From assembly GCA_964016885.1 (NCBI GenBank), contig OZ024742.1:58280001-58344000 (forward strand): DNA of 64,000 nucleotides, in the 5' to 3' direction. The position numbers and the translations under genes are program-made. Shown here piece by piece: positions 12,828-24,229 of this stretch. Each line of letters starts with the position of its first letter. The first letter of the stretch is position 1. This DNA comes from Eledone cirrhosa (Eukaryota). The notes under the pieces were generated by a model, which was not told where the DNA came from, searched no databases, and was given only the letters and a program-made list of their open reading frames with translations.

Positions 12828-14134
12828 CCCTTTTGTTACCATATTTCTAACCAAAATACACCCCTTATGTGTTTCAATTAATTTCTAACAATCATAAATT
12901 TAGTCTGGTTTCATTAAACAACTAACTTTTTTATTTATCAACATATTACAAGTAAATACAGGTAAATTCAACAAAATATGAAATTATTTAAATTTTGTTC
13001 AAACATCGCTATAGAAGATGGGTTATTAGCTAATATTCAATTGGATATACAACAAAATTTTACTATAGAAGAGTTGTGCACATTACTGGATTACTGGATT
13101 TATCAGGTGAATTTAAACACACAAAAGACAGGTGTACCATAAAGGTATAAATAAAACGAAAGACTGGAATTTGTCTGAAGAAAACTAGAAAACAAAATAC
13201 ACACACCATCAACTAGATTAAATAATCTCCCACATACATAGATACGCAGAAATATACAATAATGATTTACAAAAGAAATTAATCAAAACTCGTTACTCAC
13301 CTTACAGGTAAATTAAAATTACACATGAAGAAAAATAAAAACGAAGTAAATTTGAAATTAATAATAAAATAAAATCACACATATATACAAATCAAACAAT
13401 ATTCCATAATAATATTTATGGCAAAATAAGCTCTAATTTCATTTAAGCTTGTGGGAAACCACAAACTATCTTTTTTTCGCTTTGTTTACTTTCAGCGTAA
13501 CGGTTTGTTTCCGCCGTAATGATTTCTAACAAGCTCATAGGAAAAAGTAAAAGGAAATAGTCTAAAGCTTTGCTCTCCTGGGATAGACTGTGACTTGGTC
13601 CAGTTTCTTCACAAAAATCACTGAAAGAAAGTTTTTATATTTTTACTCCATTCAGGTGCCAATTCATTTTCTTTATCGCTGTCATCAGAGCTCTCAGATT
13701 CAGTGTTTTCACTTTCGGAAAATGAAACATCGGATTCATTATCAAATACCACGTGCTTTTTCTTTTCAGTTATAGAGTTAGATTTTTCAAGGTCTTCAGT
13801 AGAAAATCCTTCGAATTCTGACTCGCTGCTTGACTGAATGAAATTGGTATCCATTTTTTGTCAGAATTACAAATTTTCAAAACACAACAGGAACAAATTT
13901 GGAAAAAAAATCTCCCAAAATTCACAGAATTAAAATAACACGTCGATCGTTGTCCAAAACTGTAGCTCAATTGTTTACACAGTATAATCACATGTTTTCA
14001 CAAATGTACTAACAAGATTTGCTCTGATATTCTCATTTAAATATGAATGTGTGAGTACGGGCGGTTTTGGGCAGCTTGGTCACATGAACCAAAATTCTTT
14101 TCGGGCAGCTTTGGGCGGTTTGGTAACGAAAGGG
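12828..14134 (-). mobile_element. Internally deleted piggyBac element
   Basis: TTAA on both sides; TIRs cccttttgttacca / tggtaacgaaaggg; minus-strand acidic N-terminus (SSSESEFEGF...W) followed by DYFLLLFPMSLLEIITAETNRYAE...WFPTSLNEIRAYF, typical of a piggyBac transposase start. Confidence 0.85.
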
Positions 14135-14402
14135 TTAAGACAAATTGTACTAAATATTACAACAGGAACAATTTACCAAGTTTTAGGAAACTATTAGTCC
14201 CAAAAATTGTTCTGCTATAGGCCATAGAAAAGTAGTTTGCAGGACACGTGTTTGAGATCCCCTAGAATAGAGGCTGCTTAAGACACAACGTCAGATGTTG
14301 GCAGTATTAAACTGATGAACAGACCGTCAACCTTGTAAGACCAGTGCCAGCAACTAACAATTTAAGAGTCTGCAACTTCCAAACTCAGAGCTAGCAACTT
14401 AC

Positions 14403-14554
14403 TTTATTGCGAGATATCCCAGCTGAACAGTGGAAACCTGTATGTCTGTAAACAGCTGCTCTCATTTCTTCAACAATCACAGCACCAATAACAAGTTTAA
14501 TATCCTCAAACTGTACACTGGACAACCACCAAGAAATACCATTGTTAGAAGCTT
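14403..14554 (-). CDS. POLH: POLH coding exon 4
   Basis: tttcag|AAGCTT...AATAAA|gtaagt; ...WWLSSVQFEDIKLVIGAVIVEEMRAAVYRHTGFHCSAGISRNK. Confidence 0.94.
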
Positions 14555-14784
14555 CTGAAATAAGAAAGTGTTGACAAAACATCACTGGTTGCTGGTGTCA
14601 AAAGGTAAAGCAAAGTACAATTACCACCACCATCATTCAGGCTTGGTTTCTATGTTTGAATGTCCTTTGTAATGCTAAACACTTTTCAGAATGTACTGGG
14701 TACATTTTATGACAGCAGTACCAGTGTATCATTATCCCCATTTACATGCCCATAAGGAGTACGTATATAGTATACATATATATG

Positions 14785-15210
14785 AGCTGTTTAAACCCAT
14801 TAACATACAGGGTGGTTGCCAGCCCAGCAACAATTAGAAATTTGTGTTGGAGCTCTGAAATAGCGATGTATATACAATATGTACATTCATATATACATCA
14901 CTATTTCAGAGCTCCAACACAAATTTCTAATTGTTGCTGGGCCGGCAACTGCTCTGTATGTTAATGAGTTTAAACAGCTGAAACATAATTGGTATTCTAT
15001 AAGAATCCAGCTTCTACAGCTCACAGCAAAATCAGAGGCGATATATAACCTTGATAACCGCTAAACAGCGAGAAACAATCGATTGTCAGTTATTTCTCTT
15101 TGTTTTTGCTGAAGCTAGGTATGTGACTATAGTCACTATCTTAAATACAGTATATTATTAAATATACAATACATACATTCATATATATGTCGCTATTTCA
15201 GAGCTCCAAC

Positions 15211-15216
<6 letters not shown>
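14785..15216 (+). mobile_element. Non-autonomous HHR element (retrozyme/pLTR-like): ~292-bp unit, partial tandem copy, inverted arm
   Basis: Inverted arms 14785-14873 / 14891-14979; direct repeat at 14883 and 15175; TA-rich flanks; HHR motif at 15045-15093. Confidence 0.75.
15045..15093 (+). ncRNA. Type I hammerhead ribozyme, U3-A8 core variant
   Basis: ataacc-UUGAUAA-c cgct aaac agcg a-GAAA-caatcgattg-UC-agttat; palindromic stem III; one C.A mismatch at the base of stem I. Confidence 0.65.
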
Positions 15217-15257
<41 letters not shown>

Positions 15258-15804
15258 TACTATTATTATTTTCCCCCTTGTATCAGCAAACTACCAGCAG
15301 ACAGAAACCGAAACCCTTAAATAATATATTGTCTCCTAAGGAGGTATTGGAGTGCAGTTATTTCAGAGTTTCAGGAGAAAAGGTGACGTAATTATGATTC
15401 TATTGTTTGTTCCTTAATTAAACCACAGGTGTAATGTGTATTGTGAGTGTGTGTATGTGGAGCAACTGGGTATTGGAAATAGGTGTGTGTGTGTGGGTAT
15501 TTGGGAGGTGTCTGTGTGTAGGGAGCGTTAACCAGTGTTCACATTCCTGAAAAATGGTGATGACAATTCCCTTAAATCTCAGTTGTAAGGGTAGTAGGCT
15601 CTTGACTGAGGTTGTGAGTTTGATTCTGGAACAAACAATGTATTGTATCCTTAAGCAAGACACTATACTTTTATGATGCTCATAATCCACTCAGCTGGAA
15701 AACATAACAGGCTGCAACAGCAATGGTGCCAATTATCAGCTTTTGCCTTTGCCTTGGACAATATTGGTAGTGTAGAGAGAGCTGATCTTGACAGGGCTGT
15801 GCTA

Positions 15805-16075
15805 ATCCGATGCCAGATCAGATCCAATAATACAGGCAGTGTGATAGTGTTGACTAATAATATAGACATCAGATCCAATCAGATCAAATCCGATAATACA
15901 GGCAGTCTGATAGTGTTGATTAATAATACAGACATCAGATCCGATAATGTTGACTAATAATAGACATCAGATCTGATCCCAAATCCGATCATATAAAACA
16001 GGCACTCTGATAGTGTTGACACCAGATTCAATGCCAGATTAGATCTGATAATACAGGCAGTCTGATAGTGTTGGC
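15805..16075. repeat. Degenerate minisatellite, ~50-60-bp unit, about 5 copies
   Basis: Repeated gatccgataatacaggcagtctgatagtgttgactaataata...gacatca. Confidence 0.8.
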
Positions 16076-16090
16076 TAATTATATATATAT

Positions 16091-16683
16091 AAGTAAGTTA
16101 ATTTAAAAAAAAAAATTTTTTTTTATTTTCTTATTTTACGTCTTTTATATTATTGTTCTGCATCCTCCTGCATTGAACCACCTAGGTACTATGACATAAC
16201 CTGTGTATTTGCTGGCATTAGCGTACATCTGTACGCTTATGTTAGTAGATATATTAAATTATCTATATCTCCAAATCACTGATTTGTCGAGCAAACCTGC
16301 CAAAACCACTTCTAAATTTTTTGGGGGTGTTAGTAGGCGTCTGTCATCTTACCATCCCATTCCTACTGACTAGCCTCTGTGTCACGTGATTGATTCTTTA
16401 GAATCGGCCATATGACCAGTAGCAGTGAGAATTTTCAGTACCTGGAATCCAGTCCTCGATAGCTGTTCCATTTACCGAATTATTATTATTTTTATATGAG
16501 TCCCCAGTGTCCGCGCATTGCCTGGAGACTTGGCTGAGAATGATCTCCCTGATGACGCAATGAAATTCTCAACAGTTCATTACGTAACTGTCTTTATCCC
16601 ATTGCAGAAACTAATTAGTTGGAGTGAAAAATTAAGTAAGTTAATTTAAAAAAAAATTTTTTTTTTAATTTTCTTATTTTACG

Positions 16684-16690
<7 letters not shown>
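16091..16690 (+). mobile_element. Non-autonomous HHR element (retrozyme-like): 543-bp unit with ~58-bp terminal direct repeat, in (TA)n
   Basis: aagtaagttaattt...ttacgtcttttata at 16091 and 16634; no ORF; colinear homology to 39781-40943. Confidence 0.85.
16545..16624 (+). ncRNA. Type I hammerhead ribozyme with extended stem II
   Basis: ctcc-CUGAUGA-c gcaatg [37 nt] cattgc a-GAAA-ctaattag-UU-ggag; stem I ctcc/ggag; palindromic aactaattagtt stem III. Confidence 0.85.
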
Positions 16691-16719
<29 letters not shown>

Positions 16720-16723
<4 letters not shown>

Positions 16724-16884
16724 GAGGTTGGTGTTAGGAAGGGCATCCAGCTGTAGAAATCAAGCCAAATCAGTTCCTGTATGAGCAAGGCATGGTCAGC
16801 CGACCAGACACTGCCCACAACAGGACCACCCGTCTAATCCATGCTAGCGTGGAAGAACGGACGTAAAACGGTGATGATGATGAT
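16720..16884 (+). mobile_element. 3' tip of RTE family A
   Basis: Matches 51958-52126 including the ggacgtaaaacggtgatgat tail. Confidence 0.9.
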
Positions 16885-16900
16885 ATATATATATATATAT

Positions 16901-17090
16901 AACGAAGGAGTTGTGGTAAGGAACCAGATGGACCATAACGCACCAGAGTACTCAATACTTAGAGTAGTAGAGTGGGCAATAGGAAAATGTATGACCCCAA
17001 CGGCAGAGCCCAAGCCGTCCCGACGGCCACCTCCAGATGTGGCCGTCGGGACGGCTTGGGCTTTGCCATCGAGGTCATACATTTTCCTAT
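16901..17090 (-). mobile_element. Fold-back pLTR-like element, copy 1 of 3 (A-to-G hypermutated)
   Basis: Arms ~16979-17030 / 17039-17090 plus an 80-bp one-sided extension; TA flanks; homologous to 20131-20335 and 27442-27559. Confidence 0.8.
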
Positions 17091-17269
17091 ATATATATAT
17101 ATGCATACATACATACACACGTATATACATGTAATAATTTAAAATTAAGCTCACAAATGAAAAAGTTTATGAAATTTTATTTAATTCCTTTGAATTTTTG
17201 GTTATTTTCAAAATTAATTCAATCTTATAAGCTGTTTATTGTATTAGAAATGTGGTGATGATAGTGTTA

Positions 17270-17456
17270 ATAAATGTTTCTACTTTTGGCACAAGGCCAG
17301 CAATTACCCAGTGCATTACTGGTACTTTATTTTATCGACCCCGTAAGGATGAAAGGCAAAGTCAACCTCGGCGGGATTTGAACTCAGATCGTAAAGGGAC
17401 GTAACTATGCTGGAAAGCATGGCGTCAGACCCTCCACCGATACTGCCAATCCACCG
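17270..17456 (-). mobile_element. tRNA-derived SINE
   Basis: Box A tggcagtatcggt, box B gagttcaaatcc, central ctttcatccttacggggtcgataaaataaagtaccag; same family at 30380, 32450 and 32583. Confidence 0.85.
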
Positions 17457-17590
17457 ATGATAGTGTTAATAATGAAAATCAGCTATATTCATAAATCTCT
17501 GCAAATTTTTCATTTAAAATTTGTAGGTGGTGTCTTTAATTAGAAATACAGGAATGAAAAGGGTTAAAGAAAAAGAAAAATATTACTTAC

Positions 17591-17820
17591 TTTCCAATGT
17601 ATTTGTTCCATTGGTAGATTTTTCCTCTGATTCCCAACCCACAACATTTGTGTTGTTCAGTTGGTCAGCAAGTGAAGTAATAATAGTCACATCAATGGTC
17701 TTCAGTCTCTCTTCAATTACCTTTGTCAGATCAATATACGCCTCATCAATACTGGCTCTCTCCACACACTCACAGAATTGACGGAAGACATTGATCACTT
17801 CAGCTCCAGCTTCCCGGTAT
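17591..17820 (-). CDS. POLH: POLH coding exon 3 (catalytic SIDE motif)
   Basis: aattag|ATACCG...GGAAA|gtaagt; YREAGAEVINVFRQFCECVERASIDEAYIDLT. Confidence 0.95.
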
Positions 17821-18344
17821 CTAATTGGGATAGATCAAATAATAGTTAAAAATAAATATCAACACCATCATCGTTGTTTTTACGTCCATTTTTCATGCTG
17901 GCATGAGTTTTCACAGTCTAAGACAAGATCAGTCAAGCAACCTCATCTCACTCATACATTCTATATTTGGCACAGTTTCTATGGTTCAAAGCTCTTCCTA
18001 ACACCAACCAACTTACAAGGTGTACTGAGTGCATGCTCTCATGGCACCAGCACTGACATTTAACAGAGTGGACTAGATGTGTTTTATCGTGGTACCAGTA
18101 TTAGAATTATTACTATTGCCATCACAGTAGCAGTAGTAATTTTTCTAACATTGGCCCATGGCCAGCAATTAAGGGAAGTGGAAAGACTACATCAACCCCA
18201 GTACTTAACTGGTACTTTATATTATCGTTGCCAGAAGAGTGAAGTTGACCTCAGAATGTAGTAAGAAAGCCATAACTCAATATCAAAGCATTTTGTTCAA
18301 TGCTACTCCACTACATTAGCAGCAGTAATAACAATAATAGAATT

Positions 18345-18530
18345 TAACCCTTTTGTTACCATATTTCTAATAAAAGACACTGCACATGATTTTCAAATAA
18401 TCTTGAAAATAATCAATAATTCTGAGTGATTTAGTAATTTCGCTCATTAAGTTTAATAAAATGTTGATAAATACAGACTTTACAATATAACCAGGGCCAG
18501 TTTCAGGCAGTTTGGTATCAAAGTGGTTTA
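18345..18530. mobile_element. piggyBac-family MITE remnant
   Basis: Begins ttaacccttttgttaccatatttctaa like 12824 and ends tttggtatcaaagtggttta. Confidence 0.55.
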
Positions 18531-18937
18531 CGGAAATTTGATTGCTCTTTCTGAAAGTGCTCTCTCAGAAATTTGGTCACAAAAGGAGTTAGAACAATGG
18601 TTCCCAATCTTTTGTGCACAATGTCCCACCACATTTAAAAAAGATTATTATGCCCCCTTTGATATGAAAACAGTGACAATCAACTGCAAAGTGTAAACTA
18701 ATTGGCGTATAGGTGGTGTAAGATGCACAATGATGTGTACCAAAGTTGCCTTGGTATAAAAGTAATAAAGTAAAACCTCAAGTTTGTTCTCATTAACATC
18801 ATTTTCAAATTGCCTCCTCTAAATATTCAAATTGCGCTCCTGCAGAGTTGTTGTGTCTCACATTGGGAATCACAGAGTTAGAAATATTTGTGTGAAATTT
18901 CTTCAATAAAGTGCTGGCAATATTAACAATAACTTAC

Positions 18938-19072
18938 CTTGTAAGATCAGCTTTCCCTCTTAATTCTGGAATTCTTGCTAAAAGAATATCAGGACATTTG
19001 ACTTTAGCATCTTGAGCTGACATGCCACGTTTAACACCAAATACTCGAGCTTCATAGCTGACTGCTAGGATC
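18938..19072 (-). CDS. POLH: POLH coding exon 2
   Basis: tgacag|GATCC...ACAAG|gtaagt; ILAVSYEARVFGVKRGMSAQDAKVKCPDILLARIPELRGKADLT. Confidence 0.95.
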
Positions 19073-19790
19073 CTGTCAGAAAATAAAAGAAATTATGCAA
19101 CAGAGAACATTCTTTACCACGTTTAGAGGAACTGTTTGTAGTTCAACAGAAGAGGGGCCAATAAGCATTAAATGTGCAGTTTGTATAGCAACAGTGTGAA
19201 GCTGCAACTAATAAAAAAAAAACCTAAAGAATCATTTTTATGTAAATCTTTTTCATCCTGGCATAGGTTGGACAAGAATTGTTTTACAGCCGGAGGCCCT
19301 CCCTGACACCAATCATTTTAGTCAAGATATGCAGGAATACAGTGCACCTATTCTAACCCGAACACACATGGCCTAAAGAATCTGTTGTTAAATCTGGAGT
19401 TTCATCCAATGATGCACCAAGAGCATAATCTATTCCCATATTCCAGATTACAGTGGAATGGGGACGTTAACTTACAGCAGAGCTCCATATAATTCCCCCA
19501 AAAAATCTAAACTTTCACATTCACATAGATGACGCAACCTTCCTTTTGATATCAAAAGTCAATCCTCCTCCACGTCACCTGCACAAAATACTTACCAATC
19601 ATACCATCATTACAATCAAGTCCCAAAGCAACAACAATATCTTGAGCAACTTTAAGTTAATTATAGAAAGGGCTTTTAGATATAAACACAAGCAGTTTAA
19701 AACAAACAATTTGGTATTGTAGAACTAAGGTTAATTTGGTATAAAAATGGTTAAGATGGAAAATAGATGCTTTAAATTCATTTTACTTAC

Positions 19791-19909
19791 ACACCACGCT
19801 GAGTATATTGTGCAACAGCACATGGTTTGCCTTTTAGAGAAGAATCATAACGCTGTTCAACTTGCACAAAGAAGCAATCCATATCAACCAGAGCAATAAC
19901 ATGGTCCAT
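19791..19909 (-). CDS. POLH: POLH coding exon 1 (start codon, DMDCFF motif)
   Basis: caccATG at 19909; MDHVIALVDMDCFFVQVEQRYDSSLKGKPCAVAQYTQRG|gtaagt. An acceptor (tttttctgttgtag) 17 nt upstream implies a non-coding first exon further right. Confidence 0.95.
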
Positions 19910-20130
19910 GGTGAAGATTGGAAAGTCTACAACAGAAAAAGAATATTTTTAGTTCTAATAGTTTGTAAAACATGTAATATAGACTCAATTGCCTAAATTG
20001 AACATAAACAAATCAACCTCAATCCAAAGGTATTCATTCATAAACAGCTAAATACAGTAACAGAGACCTTAATGCCATATACCAGTTAACAGGAGTCTCA
20101 GTCTACAATGTATCATATATATATATATAT

Positions 20131-20335
20131 AACAAAGGAGTTGTGGTAAAGAACCAGATGGACCATAACGCACTAGAGTACTCAATACTTAAGGTAGTAG
20201 AGTGGGTAATAGGAAAATGTATGATCCCGACGGCAGAGATCAAGCCGTTTCGACGACTATTTCTAGATGCAAATAGTCCAAAAATAGCTGCCGAAACAGC
20301 TTGAGCTCTGCCGTTGGGGTCATACATTTTCCTAT
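20131..20335 (-). mobile_element. Fold-back pLTR-like element, copy 2 of 3, containing the 3' half of an HHR
   Basis: Minus strand ...gactattt..aaatagtc gtc GAAA cggc ttgatctct gccg UC gggatcatac; same end points as copy 1. Confidence 0.75.
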
Positions 20336-20448
20336 ATATAGGAAACAATTATTATTATTATTATATAAAAAATGAACTGGACTGGAAAAGTCAACAGTTG
20401 ACATGATTTTGATTTTGTATCAGTACTGACGGTAATATATATATATAT

Positions 20449-23400
20449 ATCATCATCATCATCATCATCATCAACGTTTAACGTCCGTGTTCCACGCTTG
20501 CATGGGTTTGGACGGGGGTAGTCCCACTTGAGGCAAGAGTGATTGTCTTGCTCGCATAGGACTGTCTGGCAGGTTTTCTACAGTTGGATGCCCTTCCTAA
20601 CACCAACCACATTTACAGTGTGGGTCTGGGAGGTTTTTACCGTGTTGCCTACACGGCCACATTACAGCGTGGACTGTGTGTTTTTTTGTCGTGACACCTA
20701 CACGATCTCATTTGTTTCGGCCTCGATGGCGCGGCACCAACATAACTTTACATAGAACGGGGTGGTGTGGATCGGGTGGGGGGGGGGGGGGGGGGGGTGT
20801 ATTTTGTTAGAGATGCCTACTGGCTGGAGTAGGTTTTACTATATATTTAGGTAAGGCGGGTCTTCTCTGTTACTGAGTACCGCCAAAGGTCTCGGTCCAG
20901 TGACATTGTCTTGGAGAGGTGTAAGTGTGTGATGTCGGAGTTTATCAGCTCGTCCCAGGTTTTTCTAGGTCTGCCTATTCCGTGACTACCGTCTATCTTT
21001 ATTGCCCTGCACTTTGTTATACAGCTATCGACTTTCATGCGCATCACGTGTCCATACCAACGTAGCCTTCTCTCGAGTAAACAACATCTGATCCCTCTTA
21101 TCTCTAATTTATTCCTTAGTTCGTTTATGCTTTGCCGTTCACGTATATTACTGTTACACATCCAGCGGAGCATGCAAGCTTCGTTCCTCTCTAGTCTGCG
21201 TATATCCTCTGCACACAATGCCCAGGTCTCACTGCCATGCAGCATTGCTGTTCGTATGCAGGCATCGTACAACCTGCCTTTCATTTTTAGTGAGAACCCT
21301 TTAGCAGCTAATAGTGGTATAAGCTCTCTGAACTTTTTCCAACCAGTTCTGACTCTAGCTACAGTACTTTCAGAGCACCCTCCCCCACTGCTGATTTTAT
21401 CGCCCAGGTAACGGAAGCTGTCCACTATTTCTATAGAACCCTCTGCGCAATTGAAAGAGCTAGTATTGGTGGGCACTTGCTGCTACTTATTGCACCAGAG
21501 CACCGGCCACATGTAAAATCTATGTTCTTAGTTAGCTTACCTGTGATCCCACTACATCTTTTATGCACCCATACTTTGCATTTAGGACATAAAATGGAGT
21601 TTCTACCTACGCCTTTCCTACACACCGAGCACGACCATTTCCCAGAAGGGACCGCCGCCTTGTTTTCTTTCCTACAAACTAGTACTTTGGTCTTAGCCAG
21701 GTTAATTTTAAGTCCTTTTGACTCTAGGCCGTGCTTCCATGTTTGGAATTTCTTCTCTAGCTCGGCCATTGATTCCGCTATGAGTGTCAGGTCGTCTGCG
21801 TATAGGAGTTCCCATGGGCAGCCTGTCTTGAACTCCTCTGTTATAGCCTGAAGGGCAATAATAAATAGTAGTGGACTGAGAACAGAGCCCTGATGGACGC
21901 CGACTTTTACGCTAAACTCTTCACTATATTCGTTGTTAATTCTAACCTTGCTGACTGTTTCTTTATACATGGCTTGTATAGCCCTCACAAGCCATTCGTC
22001 AACGCCTAGTTTTCTAAGAGCCCACCAGATAATGGAGCGGGGGACTCTGTCGAAGGCTTTCTCCAAGTCGACAAAAGCTAAGTAGAGGGGTTTACCTTTA
22101 GCTAGGTACTTCTCCTGTAGTTGTCGTACTATGAAAAGAGCGTCTGTGGTACTTTTGCCTGACACAAACCCGAACTGCATTTCATCTAGGTCAATTCTCT
22201 CTCTGATTAGTTGCGCTATTACTCTTTCCGTGACCTTCATGACCTGGTCGATTAATTTAATGCCTCTATAGTTACTCCTATCTAGGGCGTCTCCTTTACC
22301 CTTATAACAGTTAACGATGATGCTGCTATGCCAGTCCTTCGGAACAACCCCGTTCTGTACGACTTGGTTAACTATGCGGGTGACCATGGTGTGTCCCACC
22401 GTGCCAGATGCCTTCAGCATCTCAGCAACTATTTCTGAAGGCCCAGCCGCCTTACCAGTCTTCATATCCTTGATTGCCTTACTTATTATACTCCCCTCGA
22501 CTAACACTGCTGGTCCCTCTATTGAGTCGATATGGGGGAGACTGCCTTTCTCCCAATTATTCTCCTCATTTAGAAGCCTTTCATAGTGACACTTCCAAGC
22601 TACCTTCTTATCAGCGTCGGTGATGGCAAGTGTGCCATCGTCGTTTAGTACACACTTCTCCCCGACAATATCACGGTTTTCCTTGACGCATTGCCTAGCA
22701 ATCCTGAACACCTCACGTTTTTGGTCATCGCGTTGTAGAACATGCTTGAACTTTCTTTCCTCAGCTTCCCTTCTTGCTAAGTACACTTGTCTCCTAGCTT
22801 CCCTCCTGGCCACTTGATAGTCCTCTCTACTTCCCCCATCCCGCCATACTTTCCAAGCCTGCTTTTTGGCCTTAATTGACCCCTCCACCTTACTGTTCCA
22901 CCACCATGTTACTCTCCTCCTGCCTACAAGCCTGCTCCAGCCACAGACCTCGTCTGTCGCCAACAGCAGGTTTGCTTTCAGAAATTCCCACTCTCCCTCT
23001 ATATTGTCCGACTCTAAATGTTCTTCCTTACTGTCGAAAGCATCAAGTAATATGCTTTGAAATTTATTCCTGGCTGTGGGGTCCTTTAGCTTCCATATTT
23101 TCCTCCTGAGGATAGTCCTCTTCTGTTGTCGAGTACGTCTCGTCCTGACTATGAGGTCGCTAATTATCAGTCTATGTTGGGAGGTGCATTCTTCATGGGG
23201 GAGGGATTTAGTGTTAACAACAGACACTCTGTCACGTCTTCTGGTAAGGATATAATCTACCTGGCTTGTGTGTTCCCCGGATCTATAGGTGATCAGGTGA
23301 TTGTCACGTTTTTTGAAGTTAGTGTTACAGATAGTTAGGTTATTTGCATCACAGAATTCCAGGATTCTGGAGCCTTCCTCATTTCTAGTACCAAACCCAT

Positions 23401-23970
23401 AGCCTCCATGGATTTCGTCGTAGCCGTCACAATGTTGTCCAACGTGACCATTTAGGTCGCCTGCGATAATTATATAGTCACTGTCGGATATTTGGGAGGT
23501 AGTTAGCATCAGTGTCTCGTAGAATCTGTCTTTTATAGTGCCGGGCAGTCCGGATTGGGGTGCGTACGCAGATATTACTGTCACCGTAGTTCTATTGAGG
23601 ACAAGTCGTATTTTAATTATTCTGTCGTTCACTCTATTTACGTCTATTATCTTATCTGCCCACTTTTCTGCTACCATGATTCCTACTCCACCCAGCCCAT
23701 CGTCGTTTCCCACCCAGAAAAGCTTATAACAACGTTTTTTACCCTCAATGAACCTAGCAGACCCACCCCTCCACCTGGTCTCTTGAATACAACAAAGATC
23801 GACCTCCTTACGTTCAAGCATTTCTACAACCTCGTTAGCGCGACCCTTTAGGGTGCCTACATTTATGGTACCAACTCTGAAGTTTTGGATTGCGTTTGGG
23901 GGTTGGGGGCGGTGAGGGGCGGGGGGCGATGGGGTTATGTTAGCCGTCCGCGGTCGAAACAATGAGGAGT
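20449..23970 (-). mobile_element. RTE LINE family B, near full-length, single frameshift
   Basis: 843-aa APE-RT-PHD ORF (21431-23962) plus a 209-aa C-terminal ORF (20847-21476); (GAT)n tail. Confidence 0.96.
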
Positions 23971-24040
23971 GCTCGCATTCTCATATATATATATTCTACA
24001 TATATATATATATATATATTCTACATATATATATATATTC

Positions 24041-24093
<53 letters not shown>

Positions 24094-24229
24094 GTATGTG
24101 AGTGGTGTGTGTGTTTGTATGCATGAGTGTTGCTGTGTGAGTAGCGTGTGTGTTTGTAGTTTGTATGCATAAGTGTTGGTGTATGAGTGTGTGTCGTGTC
24201 AATAAGTGGGTTTTTTTTAGTTTTTTTTA

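Noticed and set aside
15805-16075. Repeat-spacer appearance (CRISPR-like)
   Set aside because: Eukaryotic minisatellite with no unique spacers and no cas genes.
17270-17456. tRNA gene (A and B boxes)
   Set aside because: No cloverleaf; multi-copy with a SINE body and tail.
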